A stretch of 64,000 bases of DNA from Daphnia carinata (lineage: Eukaryota), in contig NC_081331.1 of the NCBI RefSeq assembly GCF_022539665.2, forward strand, positions 4,960,001-5,024,000. The letters run 5' to 3'. Shown here in pieces: positions 29,041 to 40,900 of this stretch. Each line of letters starts with the position of its first letter. Positions within the stretch are counted from its first letter, which is position 1. A program made the translations under genes and the position numbers. Below the pieces are notes generated by a model. The model had not been told where the DNA came from and searched no databases. It was given only the letters and a program-made list of their open reading frames with translations.

Positions 29041-29071
<31 letters not shown>

Positions 29072-30430
29072 CATGGCCATGGAGGAGGGATGGTGGTAAA
29101 CGGGATTTAAGGTAAAGAAGCTATGCATATGCTTTCAAGAAAGCGGCAAAGATTACAATATGTCAAAATTGGAAAAGGTCATCAAGATTTCGTTACCCAA
29201 GTCACCCTGACCTTTCCCCAGAGTTTTGTAAGCATCTAAATCAACCAGCAGAAGATATCGGGAGATTGGAATCAATAAGATGAAGGCCCTACAATCCAAT
29301 TATGGTTATTTGTCTTTTTAGCTTACTACCAGTTGTCAAAATACGCGAACGTGCACACAAGACACTAAATAATGAAACCATGGATTTTTCTTTTTAGTAT
29401 GCTTAAGACAGGTATTTTCAAAATTGAACCCCAAAAATTATCTTTTAAGTTTTGACATAATTGACATCCACCATCGTTTTAACTGAAATTTCTAAATGAG
29501 CCTACACCTAGTACGAAGAAAAGTTTAGGGAGTTTGTTTAAATAATGTTCTACTCGTTATATCAACGGACAAAGAAGATGGGGAATTTGAGGCGGGTTAT
29601 AATAAGAGGTCAGCTCAAGACAAGGGCGAGGGTGGGCGAGAAGGGGACAAACTCACGATCATGGACACATTACTTCCTCGTTTTGAGAAAAAGAAAAACT
29701 CACGGACATCGGATTGTTGCAACATCATCAGCAGCAGCAGCAAAAGACAGGTATCTTTAAAAAGTCTCTTCAACATGGCAACAATATTGGATCGTCAATA
29801 TAGTGGAGAAAAATGCAAACGTGTTATCTCGAATGAACCAAGACAAAAAAAAATTATTTTCTCAGCTTATAAGACTGGACTCAAATGACCTGAGGAGGGG
29901 TAGCGTGTTTTCTCGACCTTGGTGGATTGTTAGATTTCGAATGACACTGGATCAGTTTCAAATATCGAAACAAATGAACAGCGGGTTATGGGAGAAATTT
30001 CAGTTGCGGATGTTGAGGGAGGGAGGGAGAGTTGGGGGGGTAAAAATGAACAAACATGTAAAAGACAGAATAGCACATTTCCGACGACTGTGTGTACTTT
30101 GCCTTCTCCTTTTCCTACGTTAGTCTGAGCTTTAGGTTGGTATCAAGGAAAAAAACCAAAGGAAGAGGAACCCAATCAAAAATAAAAACACAAGCCCATC
30201 AACCAACAGACATTAAAATAGGATTGGATGGAGAGTAGAGTGGAGAAAAAAAAAAAGAATAACATGACGCATTTTTTTCGACACGTTGGATTATGTGAAC
30301 ATCGATGAGAAGACACGATCTATTGTTACCAGCTTGCAGCAAACCACTATATATAAACAAAGGCAGTTTGTAATGTACGATTCCAAAGGAAGAGTGTTGC
30401 AGGCGGAGATATTACCACTGTTGTTTCCTG

Positions 30431-33400
30431 CTATTGTCCGTCAGAAGGAGCTTGTCCATAGCCTCCATACCCCTGGTAGCCGTAAGCTGCTGCTCCGCCT
30501 TGAGGTTGTCCGCCGCCCGGCTGTCCTCCGTAGTAACCAGCCGCGGCCGCGGCGCTACCTCCAGATCCAGCGCCAGGATAGGCACCGTACTGAGCAGCTG
30601 ATCCAGCTTGACCTGGACCTTGACCGCCCTGTGCACTCTACAAGAAATTATTGCGTTATCGGTCAAACTTCCGGCAACAACATGCAATGCTCATCGGCTT
30701 TTCACATATCTAAAATAGCAGTGTTTCCGATATCAACCCAAAATGAAAGCGGCATTTGGGAATGGTACGCGACTAGGACCGGAATACCCTGGAAGCAAGA
30801 AAAGTTCAATTTCTTACCTGCTTCAACCTGGCCTGGGCTTCGATGGCTTCCGCTTCCCCAATCTTGCCAATCGAACGATAGTAGGCGGCCCACTGTGCGC
30901 TATAGTCTTGGGTTGGCGCCGCCGCAGGAGCAGCTGCTGGAGCCGCTGATACTGCTGCATTTCCCATACCCTATAAGGCAATCATTCGTTTAGTAACTGA
31001 ACAAAATAACTACGAGGCATTGGCAATCCAGTAAAGCGAAGCATTTACGTTACAAACACTTTTCATTTCAAATTCTTACCTTGCTGGCTTTCAGTTGTTG
31101 TTCAAGGGCTTCCGCATCTTTCATGGCTCCAATACTTCTGTAGTACTGAATCCACTGGGCCGTATAATCGGGTTGTCCCGTTTGAGGATTTACAGGAACA
31201 CTCCCTATGATTGATAGGTAAATAAGCCACCAGCCTAAGTTGTATCCCATTAAAGGAAAAAAAGAAATCTACCGCTGTTGCCTTCAGGTTGTCCAGGATT
31301 ACCACTTTGGGCTGAAGGTGCGCCGCTTCCCGGTTGCTGATAGAACTGCTGCTGTTGGTAATAGGCAGCCCACGCGGCGGCATTTGCGGCGTTTGGATCC
31401 GCTTTAGCTATAAAAATGTGAATTAACTAAGTGCGAAACTCAAGAAAGATAAAAACAACTGAATTACATGGGTCGTTGGGTTGTCCAGGCCACTGTTGGT
31501 AAGCGGCTGCTCCCCAGCCCTGAGCTGCATATGCTCCTGCATTCTGGTTCTGTCCCATTGGATATCCTTGTGTCGGTGGTGCACCCATTGGTCCCTAGAT
31601 TTAACAACAAAAAAATTTAGAATGTGAATATGCGCTTGCATAAAACAGGTATTTCAAGGCTTTCAACTGTAGCACGAAATTCGATTACCAACCACCCAAT
31701 TTTTTATTGATGGTCAGTCAGTACTTTCTGCTAATTTATTTTGCACTGAGAGCATTAGTTTGAAGCCAATCGTCTTCAAAATTAACATAACTCTTGTGCC
31801 AAACACACAAAATGGAAAACCATGATATCAAAACGGGTTCACTACTTACCAATCCCAGTTTTTCGCTGATCATCCTCTTAGCAAGCTCAACTTGTTCGTG
31901 CGACCCTCGAATGATGAAGATCTTTTCATTTGGATTAGGGGGAGGCCTCCGATCAAGCTCACAAAACGCTCCGGACTGCTGATTGATTTGCTTGATTGTT
32001 TCTCCTCCTGGAATTAACAATGGTCATGACGCTAAAGCACGCAAAGTGAGTAAAGAAGTATATACCTTTGCCTATAATAATTCCGGTTTTGGTGGAAGGA
32101 ACAAGAAATTGGTATTCGACTTTGTCCTGTCCGTTACGGGCCATTCCCATGCTTGGTCCACTTCGGCCCACTCCAGGTCCATATTCTCCCCATCCACCAC
32201 CGCCTGTTGAGCTTCCACCGCCAGGGCTTCGTCCGTAAGGAGCTCCATTCATGCTGCTTCCACCAGTGCTTCCTCCAGTTCGACCCCGGCCCCTCCCCAT
32301 CTGGCTATCGCGCGCCTGTGACTCCCCCAACACATGGAAAGAAGAAAAAGTTGACATCTCGTCATTTCCATAAACCGTAAAAACTGTATCACTTTCTTTT
32401 AGCCATTAACTAAACTAAAAAAAAAAAATCTTATGAAGTTAAAGCACATTATTAAGTGCACTACCAATACAGATTCAATGAGTTCTTCGATGCGTTGTCT
32501 GGCGTCCTCGATCTGGTTCATGGTGCCTGTCAGCGCGCACATCCGTTCCTCGGGATTGTCGTCTCGCCCTTGCTGGAACTGAACTCGGGCTCCTGTTTCG
32601 TTCTGGATCTTCTTGATCATCTCGCCGTTCTTCCCAATTACAACACCGACAGCCGATCGCGGCACTGCCACCTGAAGCAGGGTAGGACAAGCGAACCCTT
32701 AACACTAATTCCACTCGAGTTCCCAAAAATGTTTTCGGTAGTTTTTACACTGCCCCGTTGAATGAATGTTTGACCATACTAATAACAACCCAAAGAGGCG
32801 ATTTGATTTTAGGTCTGGGCGCAAGGATAAGGTGTCAGGCAGGATAGAAAGAAGAATCAAACCAAAGATGGATACAGTAGGAGATTGGGTAGTCAAGTGA
32901 AGATTGGTTAAGAAGAGAAGTCTCAAAATAATGCGTAAGTTTTTAACGTGAAATAAGAAAAAAAAAAGCAATAAATGTTGACAGAAAAATGTAGAAATAC
33001 GTGCACAGACATAGACGAACGAAATACCTCGATAGTTTGCTGCGGCCCACCTCCTCCATAACTACCAAACCTCTGTCCTCGACTGAAGGCCTAGTGTCAT
33101 AGAGAAATTTGGCCTCAATTACTACACACGAACGATCCTAAGTAGCTGTAATTCATCAACGTTTTGATGTCTCACATCTCCAATCGCAAGTTTCAAACTC
33201 AAAGACGCCGCAAGCAATTGTTGTCATCAACAAAATAAGAAAACGAGTATCGCCATTCATTCAAAGGGCAGTAGACGCGAAGCCCACGATAATCTCATTG
33301 TAGAATAATCGAGTTGTAAATTAACACTACACGCTGTAGCTGCTGTTTGAAATTTGTGATTGAACATCGGAGACCTTACGAAAGACGGAAAGTAATAGAG

Positions 33401-36400
33401 CTAGACTTACGGAGACTTCCATTTCCTTCTCGGCGATAAGGTCGTACACAAGTTGTTTCGCATGCTCAACTTTCTGAGGGTCGCCGTAGATGCGAAGGGG
33501 CTTTTCGTTTTCTTGTTGAGGGCCATCTTGAACAACAACCATTCTTGTTCCTGACCTCTCCTGTAATGCACAAAGGCATTAGTTGAAATCCAATGTATGA
33601 CAAAACACACCAATTACCTGCAATTGCTTGATAGTCTCTCCACCTTTACCAATAATTAATCCAACTTTAGGGCCAGGGATCATAACTTCAACCTAAAGAA
33701 ATGGAATGTTGATTCAGTTACTAGTATGTATATAATTCAAACTTTGTTACTTACATTGGGAGCTAAGGTGAGATCGATACTCACAGAATGTTGTCCACCT
33801 AAAGATTCTACTGATGGAGGTCCTGCATCTCTGGGTCCACCACGAGTCTGAACAATGTTCATGATCAGTTCACGAGCCCTCCTGCATTTACATATGATTG
33901 AATATGAAAGCTTTTCATTAATGACAGGCTACAGGTAACAAAACTTACCCTATTGCTTCTCTAGAGCCAGTGATTGTGCAAGTACGGTCAGGAAGGCCTG
34001 CACTGTCAGGTGCCATTTGGATTTTGGCTCCAGATTCAGCCTGCAGTCTCGAAATTTGCTCACCACCTCGTCCAATAACTAACAATAAAAAGTTAATGAC
34101 GAAGAAGTATCAAAGAAGACAGGCATGAGGAATTATACTCACTTAATCCAACCATCTTGTCTGGAACAGCAACTTCTTCAGTACTGATGGGACCGAGGTT
34201 CATCATAGAGGCAGCAGGCATACCCATCATTGGTCCTCTACCCTGCATCCCAGGTGATCTTAAAGCTCCAAAGGGATCAGCTGCATTAGCAGCAGCCGCA
34301 GCAGCAGCTGCAGCAACGGCTGCTGCCATCCGCTTAGCATCTGGTTCATTCTCCATCGATGGGCTTACACTGCTGAAAGGCCTCTTGACAGTGGAGCTTG
34401 AACCGTTTCTTTCAAAGTCTTCTGACGGGCTTGCTGAACCTGGCTGAATTTTGGATGCAACCTGTAAGATTAAAGTAAGAAAGTAAATATTTAGTAATCA
34501 CATTTTACTTTACTAGTACACTAAGGTCTATCTTTCAAGGTTTGTGAGCTATTGAAAAAGTAAAGAAAGCACATTTTGGTGCATTAGCTCTATCAGCGAG
34601 GGGGGGGGGAGGCAGATCTAACTTATTTAGCATGACAAAAACCGTTAATGTCAATGTTGCTTGCCATTATGTCGTAACATTTTGACACATACGAAATGAT
34701 ATTGTGAACAGTAGCTAGAACGGTCGCAGTTGGCAACGAAACCCACTTCGAATAAATGCCTCTTAATTTCGAATAGGCTGATGGTGAAGAAACACCGGCT
34801 TTTTACGTAGGTTAGACAACTAGCCTTTGAAAGACGTGAATTCACTGCACAAATCCTAGATGATTAAATAACTAACCGGGCAAGAGTAAATAGTCAAAAG
34901 ACTGAAGAAACGAATGATGAGGCTACCTGATTATCCGTCTCGGCACACAGGAATCGAAACGCGAGTCAAGCCCGAGTTAAAATGGTGGCGTGTGTAGCAG
35001 CAGAGTTGGAGTGCTGGGGTAGGGGGGGGGGAGAGAGAGAGGCCCTTCGGGGCGGAGTGGAGGGGAGAGAGAAAAGGCGCCGCGTGGCCGAAAGGAGAGG
35101 AAAGAACCAGAACTACTACTAGTGGTGGTGTGTATATGAAGCGCGTCGAAGAAATGGGGAATTTTTACGCAGCACAAATTTTTTCGTTTACAATCTACTA
35201 CAATTAACTGACACAGTCACACACTCACTCACGATAAGACGAGGTGAAAATTAAACTAATATGGATAGAAGGCTTACAATCAACCTGAAAATTTTCTTTA
35301 TACACGGTTCCAACACATTCACAAGCCCATTCACTCGCACAAAAACTGCGGTACAACTGTGTTGCCCGGCATACGGCAACCAAAGCCCAGGATACCCCTT
35401 GTTCGTGCTATGGCAATAGGGGAAGCAAATAGTATCCAATGACCGACCCCAAGGCCGAGGCCGGTTATGCTTTTCGAAGAAAAGAGATAGGATCTTCAAC
35501 TATGGCCATCTACTGGTCGATGAACACATCATAGGTTCTCTACCTAACGCCATTTCACTTCAGCCCAGCATTTATGTCAAAAAAGACAGGGCTTCAACTT
35601 GGCAGGTGCCTTAAATGATTGACATTTTCATATAACTGACCAGTTAGTCAGTTGAATGAAAAGAAATCGAAAGAACGATTAAGATGGTACATTAGCAAAA
35701 AGGTTATTGCTCCAGGATGCTAGATTGTCTGGGGTAACTCGAGGAAAAAAAAATAGAATATTGTGCAGGAGACGCGTCTGGCTTGGTAGTTGCATGGTGG
35801 GAAGGGGGGTTGGCTAAGATAGCGAAGGGGACAGGAGGGGGTGGCAAACATGGCCGCCAAACGTTACCAAGGTCATTGACACTCCAGAAAACACCCGAGC
35901 ATGTTTTCGTGTAGTAACATTTTGTCGATCAACTATTACGTTGAGGTCTGCGATACGTGAGACGATCAATCATTTCAAGATGTTTAAACAAACGTCAATA
36001 CCAATTAAAATAAACCTGAAATGTTACCCATACAAGATTTTGCAATATATAAAGAACTGAAAGCCCCAAACAAAAAAAAAAAAAAAAAAGGGAAAAAACA
36101 ATACAAGTGGCGCGGCGTGGCGCCGGTACGTGAAAGAATGGCGCGAAACATGGCCGACGATGCACAAACACACAAAAATGTGGTAAATATGGCTATTTTT
36201 CTAACCAATTACAGGTGTGGTAAAATTTGCCTACAGGAACTTTCTGTCGTAATGTCTAAAAATTTGTTGGGAAATCCCAACCACTGGAATCTTAACGCCG
36301 AAAGCACGTGGGGGAAAGACGGCCGACTCGAGACAGCCTGAACGTTTTGACATTTTAACCAAGCATGGAATCGGCCATGATGGTGGGATTTGCTTGATTT

Positions 36401-36516
36401 TGTCAGTGACACTGTTATAAACAAAATATTACCTCTCTTGCTCGTTGAACGGCTGCATCAAATGCAGAATTCTGGCTGTTGTTTTGGGCCGTAGTCACTA
36501 CAACCGAATCACCCAT
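30431..36516 (-). CDS. Psi: Far-upstream-element-binding protein / P-element somatic inhibitor (FUBP1/KHSRP/Psi family), 4 KH domains + C-terminal tyrosine-rich A/B boxes (~769 aa)
   Basis: 15 phase-consistent exons: 36433-36516, 34143-34461, 33949-34078, 33755-33881, 33618-33692, 33411-33560, 33028-33090, 32465-32671, 32066-32315, 31850-32007, 31468-31594, 31273-31407, 31080-31204, 30818-30970, 30431-30637. N-terminal [16 protein letters not shown] helix; KH GxxG loops [36 protein letters not shown]; repeats [16 protein letters not shown] and [15 protein letters not shown]. Confidence 0.95.
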
Positions 36517-37063
36517 CACTGGCTTGCAACAATTTTTTTTTCATAAAAAATAGCGCTACCTAGCGTCAAAAAGAAAAAGAAGTGCCCGTTTGACTTGATT
36601 TTGGAGTACCAGAACTAAAGAACGTACTGCCATCTACAGGCAAAATATTATAATTGCGAGTCTGTCATAGGCGCGCCACAAAAAAGCTAAAACGTTTGGT
36701 CGATAAAAAAAAAAATATTAAAAAAAAATCCGATTAATTCATTGCGCAACCGTGGTGAAGTTGTGGCATTAAAAATGATAGGAAAAATAGCACATTTTCT
36801 ATTGGGATGTATTTTACGATAAAGCACTGAATCAGCTTAGTTAAAATTATGGCAAGATGTCTTTCAATAATCATATATAACGACATTCGCCGGCGATGAG
36901 GTATCAGAGCTGTAGAGGCCTGCATCCAGCATACGAACAGGCTTACCTTTACAAGAGATAAATTTTTTAGTTGCCTATTCCCAAACACATGACGCTTTTC
37001 GATATTAAATCATTTTATTTCTTTTTTCACAGGTTGTCGCGAGGTGAAGTGAGGATTACCCAG
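36517..37063. promoter_or_regulatory. Divergent promoter region Psi(-)/Hasp-like(+) with two CTCF-like motifs and a probable non-coding exon at 37033-37063 (+)
   Basis: Head-to-head gene arrangement. GCGCTACCTAGCG at 36553 and TGCCATCTACAGG at 36628. ttttcacag|GTTG...CCCAG|gtgagt has strong splice signals on both sides. Confidence 0.5.
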
Positions 37064-37984
37064 GTGAGTGATGGGATTCCGGCTATTCTCGCTCCTTTTC
37101 TTTTTCTCCCGTTCCTGTCAGTTGGCTAAACAAAAACAAAAATGTGCTAGACTGATGGAATGGATGCAACCCCCTGCTTTTCAAGACAACAACCTCCAAC
37201 GAATGTGAGTACATAGTCCCACCACCTATACTAGTACTGCACACACCATACGTATCCAGCGGTTGATTTGAGACACTCGGCAACTTGTTTACATAATTGA
37301 TGGCCTGCCATCTGCTGTGGAAAGCATATTTAATGCCATTTATCCGTGCAGAGTGAAACTACTCAAGACTTACCGCGCACAACTTTCCGTATTGTGTGTG
37401 CGTGGTGTAGACGTGAGAAATATCCGTAAGTGGATGAAAATCCAGTGGCAAGCGAATCAACTTTGGGGGCCCAATGAGCCTTGAGAAACTTTTCCTCCAT
37501 CTTTGGTCTCCTTACTCTGCGAGTGAAACAAGAAAGGTCGGATGGTCCGCCGTGGATTTATCCGTTGAGAGGCAAGAGGGGGGGGGGGAAGACTTGATTG
37601 GCGCGGATGCCTCCTCATCCCATGTGTTCACATGAATACAGTGATCTAGTCTCTTGCGTGACAATTATTCAGGGACGCTGGTCGCGTGCCACCGAGCGCC
37701 ACTCCGGCAGACGAAACCGTCCGCCAGCAGTGGCCACCGTTTACATAAAGGAACGTGCTCACGCTGCGCAGGGAGTTCAGTCTCTCTTGGTCTTCGATCC
37801 AGTCAAGGCGTACACGCTGATCCTTATTCTCCGTTGGCTTTACTCTTCTATTTTCAACTTTGATCACTCGGCTGCCGAACAAACAAAACAATTTAAGCCA
37901 TAGAATTTAAAAATAATTAAAGAGAAATACTTTTCTCTTTGGTTCTTTTTGAATGGACACATCGACTGCCGAGTTCAAGTGATC

Positions 37985-40900
37985 ATGTCGAGGATCGTGA
38001 TGCTGATGGGGATGATTCTCCACGTGCTCTGCGTTAGAGGTAAACTCTTTTCATTCTGATGATGTATTATTCACGTCTGGAAAATGATTGCCATTTCTTG
38101 TTGAAAAAGCACACGCCGTGATTGTGTGAAGCCCAGCTTGTTATCGAGAAATCTGGAGGGCCGTGCGCTTTTTGTTAAACAGGCGGATGTTTTGATTTGT
38201 TGGCGTTGAAACTAATGTCACTATTTATTTATATTTCGCTTCTATTGTCTACCACATGTCTAAAGAAAATTACGTTTCCGGACAAGTTTGTTTAAGAGAA
38301 CGTCACCTTCCTTCTCATTTCCATTAGAGCGGAAATGCAAACAGTGGGGGCATAATCTCCACAAAATGTTGTCTTTCTCTCATGTTTTGGAATGAGATTT
38401 CCGGCGTGTCAGCTATTTTTTTTCCCCCTCTTTCCGATCGTAAATTTGAATCGTCCTAGCGCCATAAATCCGGAAGAAGCTTTAATCCTCATTTGGTATG
38501 GATGAAAAGAAAAAAGAAATTCACAGACGATTAGAGTTCCTCATCATCGGTTTTGCTGTTCACGTGCCGAAGAAGTTAAGGCACAAGTTTAAAAAAAAAA
38601 ATGCCAATCTCGGATAGATAGTCTTCTGCGACAAGTTCCATCATGGTTGATAATGTAAGCCTTTCACCGCTGTCTGAAGAATTTGTGCGCTGGTACTCTA
38701 TAATATACACTTGTAGAAGAAAGAGAGCTAAAAAAAAAAATTGCCGGAGCAATCTCGAATGCCATTCCTCGCTAGAACAAGTTTAATATGAAACGTGTCA
38801 CATCACTACGGGCTTGGGGGGTGGTGGCAGCCGGCTCGGATTCTCAAACGATGATCCCGTCTTTTTCCTACTGCAATAATCTGATACCGTCGACCTCTTC
38901 AAAATGGAATGTCATTCCTTCATGTTTATTCCTGAAAAAGAACAAAACAAAAATGAGAAACCAAAACAAAGCCTACCGACAAAAAGAAAAAAATCATAAC
39001 AAGAGCAATATAGTTTCTGGGAAATGTTTGCAGTACGGATGATACGCTTCAAGGAAAAAGAAACAAAATAGAGCTACCGAGTATATCCAGCGAATTGTCT
39101 ACTACAATTTGAATATAAACGGTTGAAATATTCATACGCGACGTGCGCGCACAAAAACGAAATGCGTTTTTGCATTTTTTTCGAGATGTCGCACTGAAAC
39201 ATGTAGGCTCTCGTTGACGAACCGATTTAGTTTATCGACTTTTTTTTTTGCGGTGGCAGATGGAGAAGAACAAGTGTGTGCGCGCACGACGGGAAAAAGT
39301 GTGGGTTGGAAAAGGATCATGAACATCGGTAGAGCAACCCATTCGTTACTTGATTGCTCTACCGGAAACCACCGCGCAGATGGATGGTCAATCATTCGCT
39401 CTCTTAAATTCCTCCAAATGGAATAAAAATTTTTTTTTTCTTTGAATCTCTCATTTTCGTGAGTGGGGGAGAAGGCATAGCAGGTGTGGCAACAGCTGCC
39501 AATGCTATATCTCTAGGATTGCCGATTTTTCGCATGAACGAATACTGAAGCAATAATGGAAACAAATAAACGGGAGGTAGTAAGACGTACAGACAAGTCT
39601 AAAGAGTAGTTTCTATTTATCTGTCTGCATGAATGCGTTTTCAAAAGTTCCGACTACAGGGAAACTCGAATAACGAACGCCGTTGTTATTGTTGAGTTAA
39701 AATTAATTCTGATTGTCCGGCGTCTATCCATTTCGCTTGCGCGCAGAAAATGGCACGTAGACCGTCCTTTCAGTTTCAAGAAGAGTCTTTGTCGCCAACT
39801 TTACCAAGTTCACTCGAGAGACATCGATCCTCTTCCTCTTAACTTCAAGTAGGGCATGCACACACGTACACCCACTCAAGGATTTTGATGAAGCTATAAA
39901 CATTATCAACTTACAGCCGCGTAGACACGATCGATTTCAATATTTTCACAATTTTTATTGCGTGATCTATCTTTTAAAAAAAAATCCTGACTTAAAGAAA
40001 ATCCCGGAGTGATGTGAACCGACCGCTCGGAACGGCAACAGCAAATCAGCTTATAATTGTTACAGCGGTTGTCTGAAATCTTGTTTTCAATTGTTTCCTT
40101 GATTGCTAAACCCGTCCGTTTGACAGAGATTTCTGCTAAGTACGGAAAGATACAAAGGGAATCCACGACCAACGGGGTGCACTCTTTGTCTTGCGGATTA
40201 CCATGTACATTTGTTCGTCGAGAATTCCCTTCCGCGAAATGACAATCCCTTTAAGGATTACCCTTTCGTTTTGATGAAATCCCATTTTAAAATGACGCTA
40301 ATCGCAATATAAATACTTGAAAACTGTCTGACAATAGACGAAATCGAGGTTGGCGATGGCCGTAAGTTTGGCTATGGCTTCACTTATGTCCGCGGTGGAT
40401 CCGGTGGATTGTGGGCTCGAGGGCGAAACGCTAGTGACGCCATTTCAGCACTCCATTGGCAGGCAAGTTTAACATTTTGTACCTTTTTTTTTTAATGTTT
40501 GAGCGAGTTTTGGACATTTCTAAAAAGGGAAGCGAGAAAGAAAATAGTTCTTTGTATCACCATAGACAAACCACTTACAAACTCACGGGAAAAAGCATCA
40601 TTGGCAGATCCTTTAAGGGTTGTGTCGACACCAGCTGATGCGGTTCACACGAACTAGTTTGGAACTAAAGTGATGGAATTACTGAAAAAAAAAAACGTAA
40701 ATTGCATATTGCTTGAAGGGCTTTTTCCCGTGAATTGTAAAAATAATTCAATTTCTTGTCCCCCCCCCCCCAACAAACGCTCGACTGCGTCCTGAATTTA
40801 GAAGAAAAAAAATAATCGTTTGATGTGATGCCAAAAAATAAAACAAAACAAAAACATAAATCTGAGGTGAAGGTAGCTATAGAAACATGACATGCTTTTG

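Noticed and set aside
30702..30788. Alternative Psi terminal exon (cag|GGTATTCCG...)
   Set aside because: It requires a 29-nt intron after exon 14, which is implausible.
30286..30993. 235-aa plus-strand ORF
   Set aside because: It is the antisense shadow of the last GC-rich Psi exons and has no recognisable features.
32704..32778. In-frame 75-nt candidate cassette exon in Psi (YGQTFIQRG...SGIS)
   Set aside because: It would leave only a 32-nt downstream intron, too short to splice.
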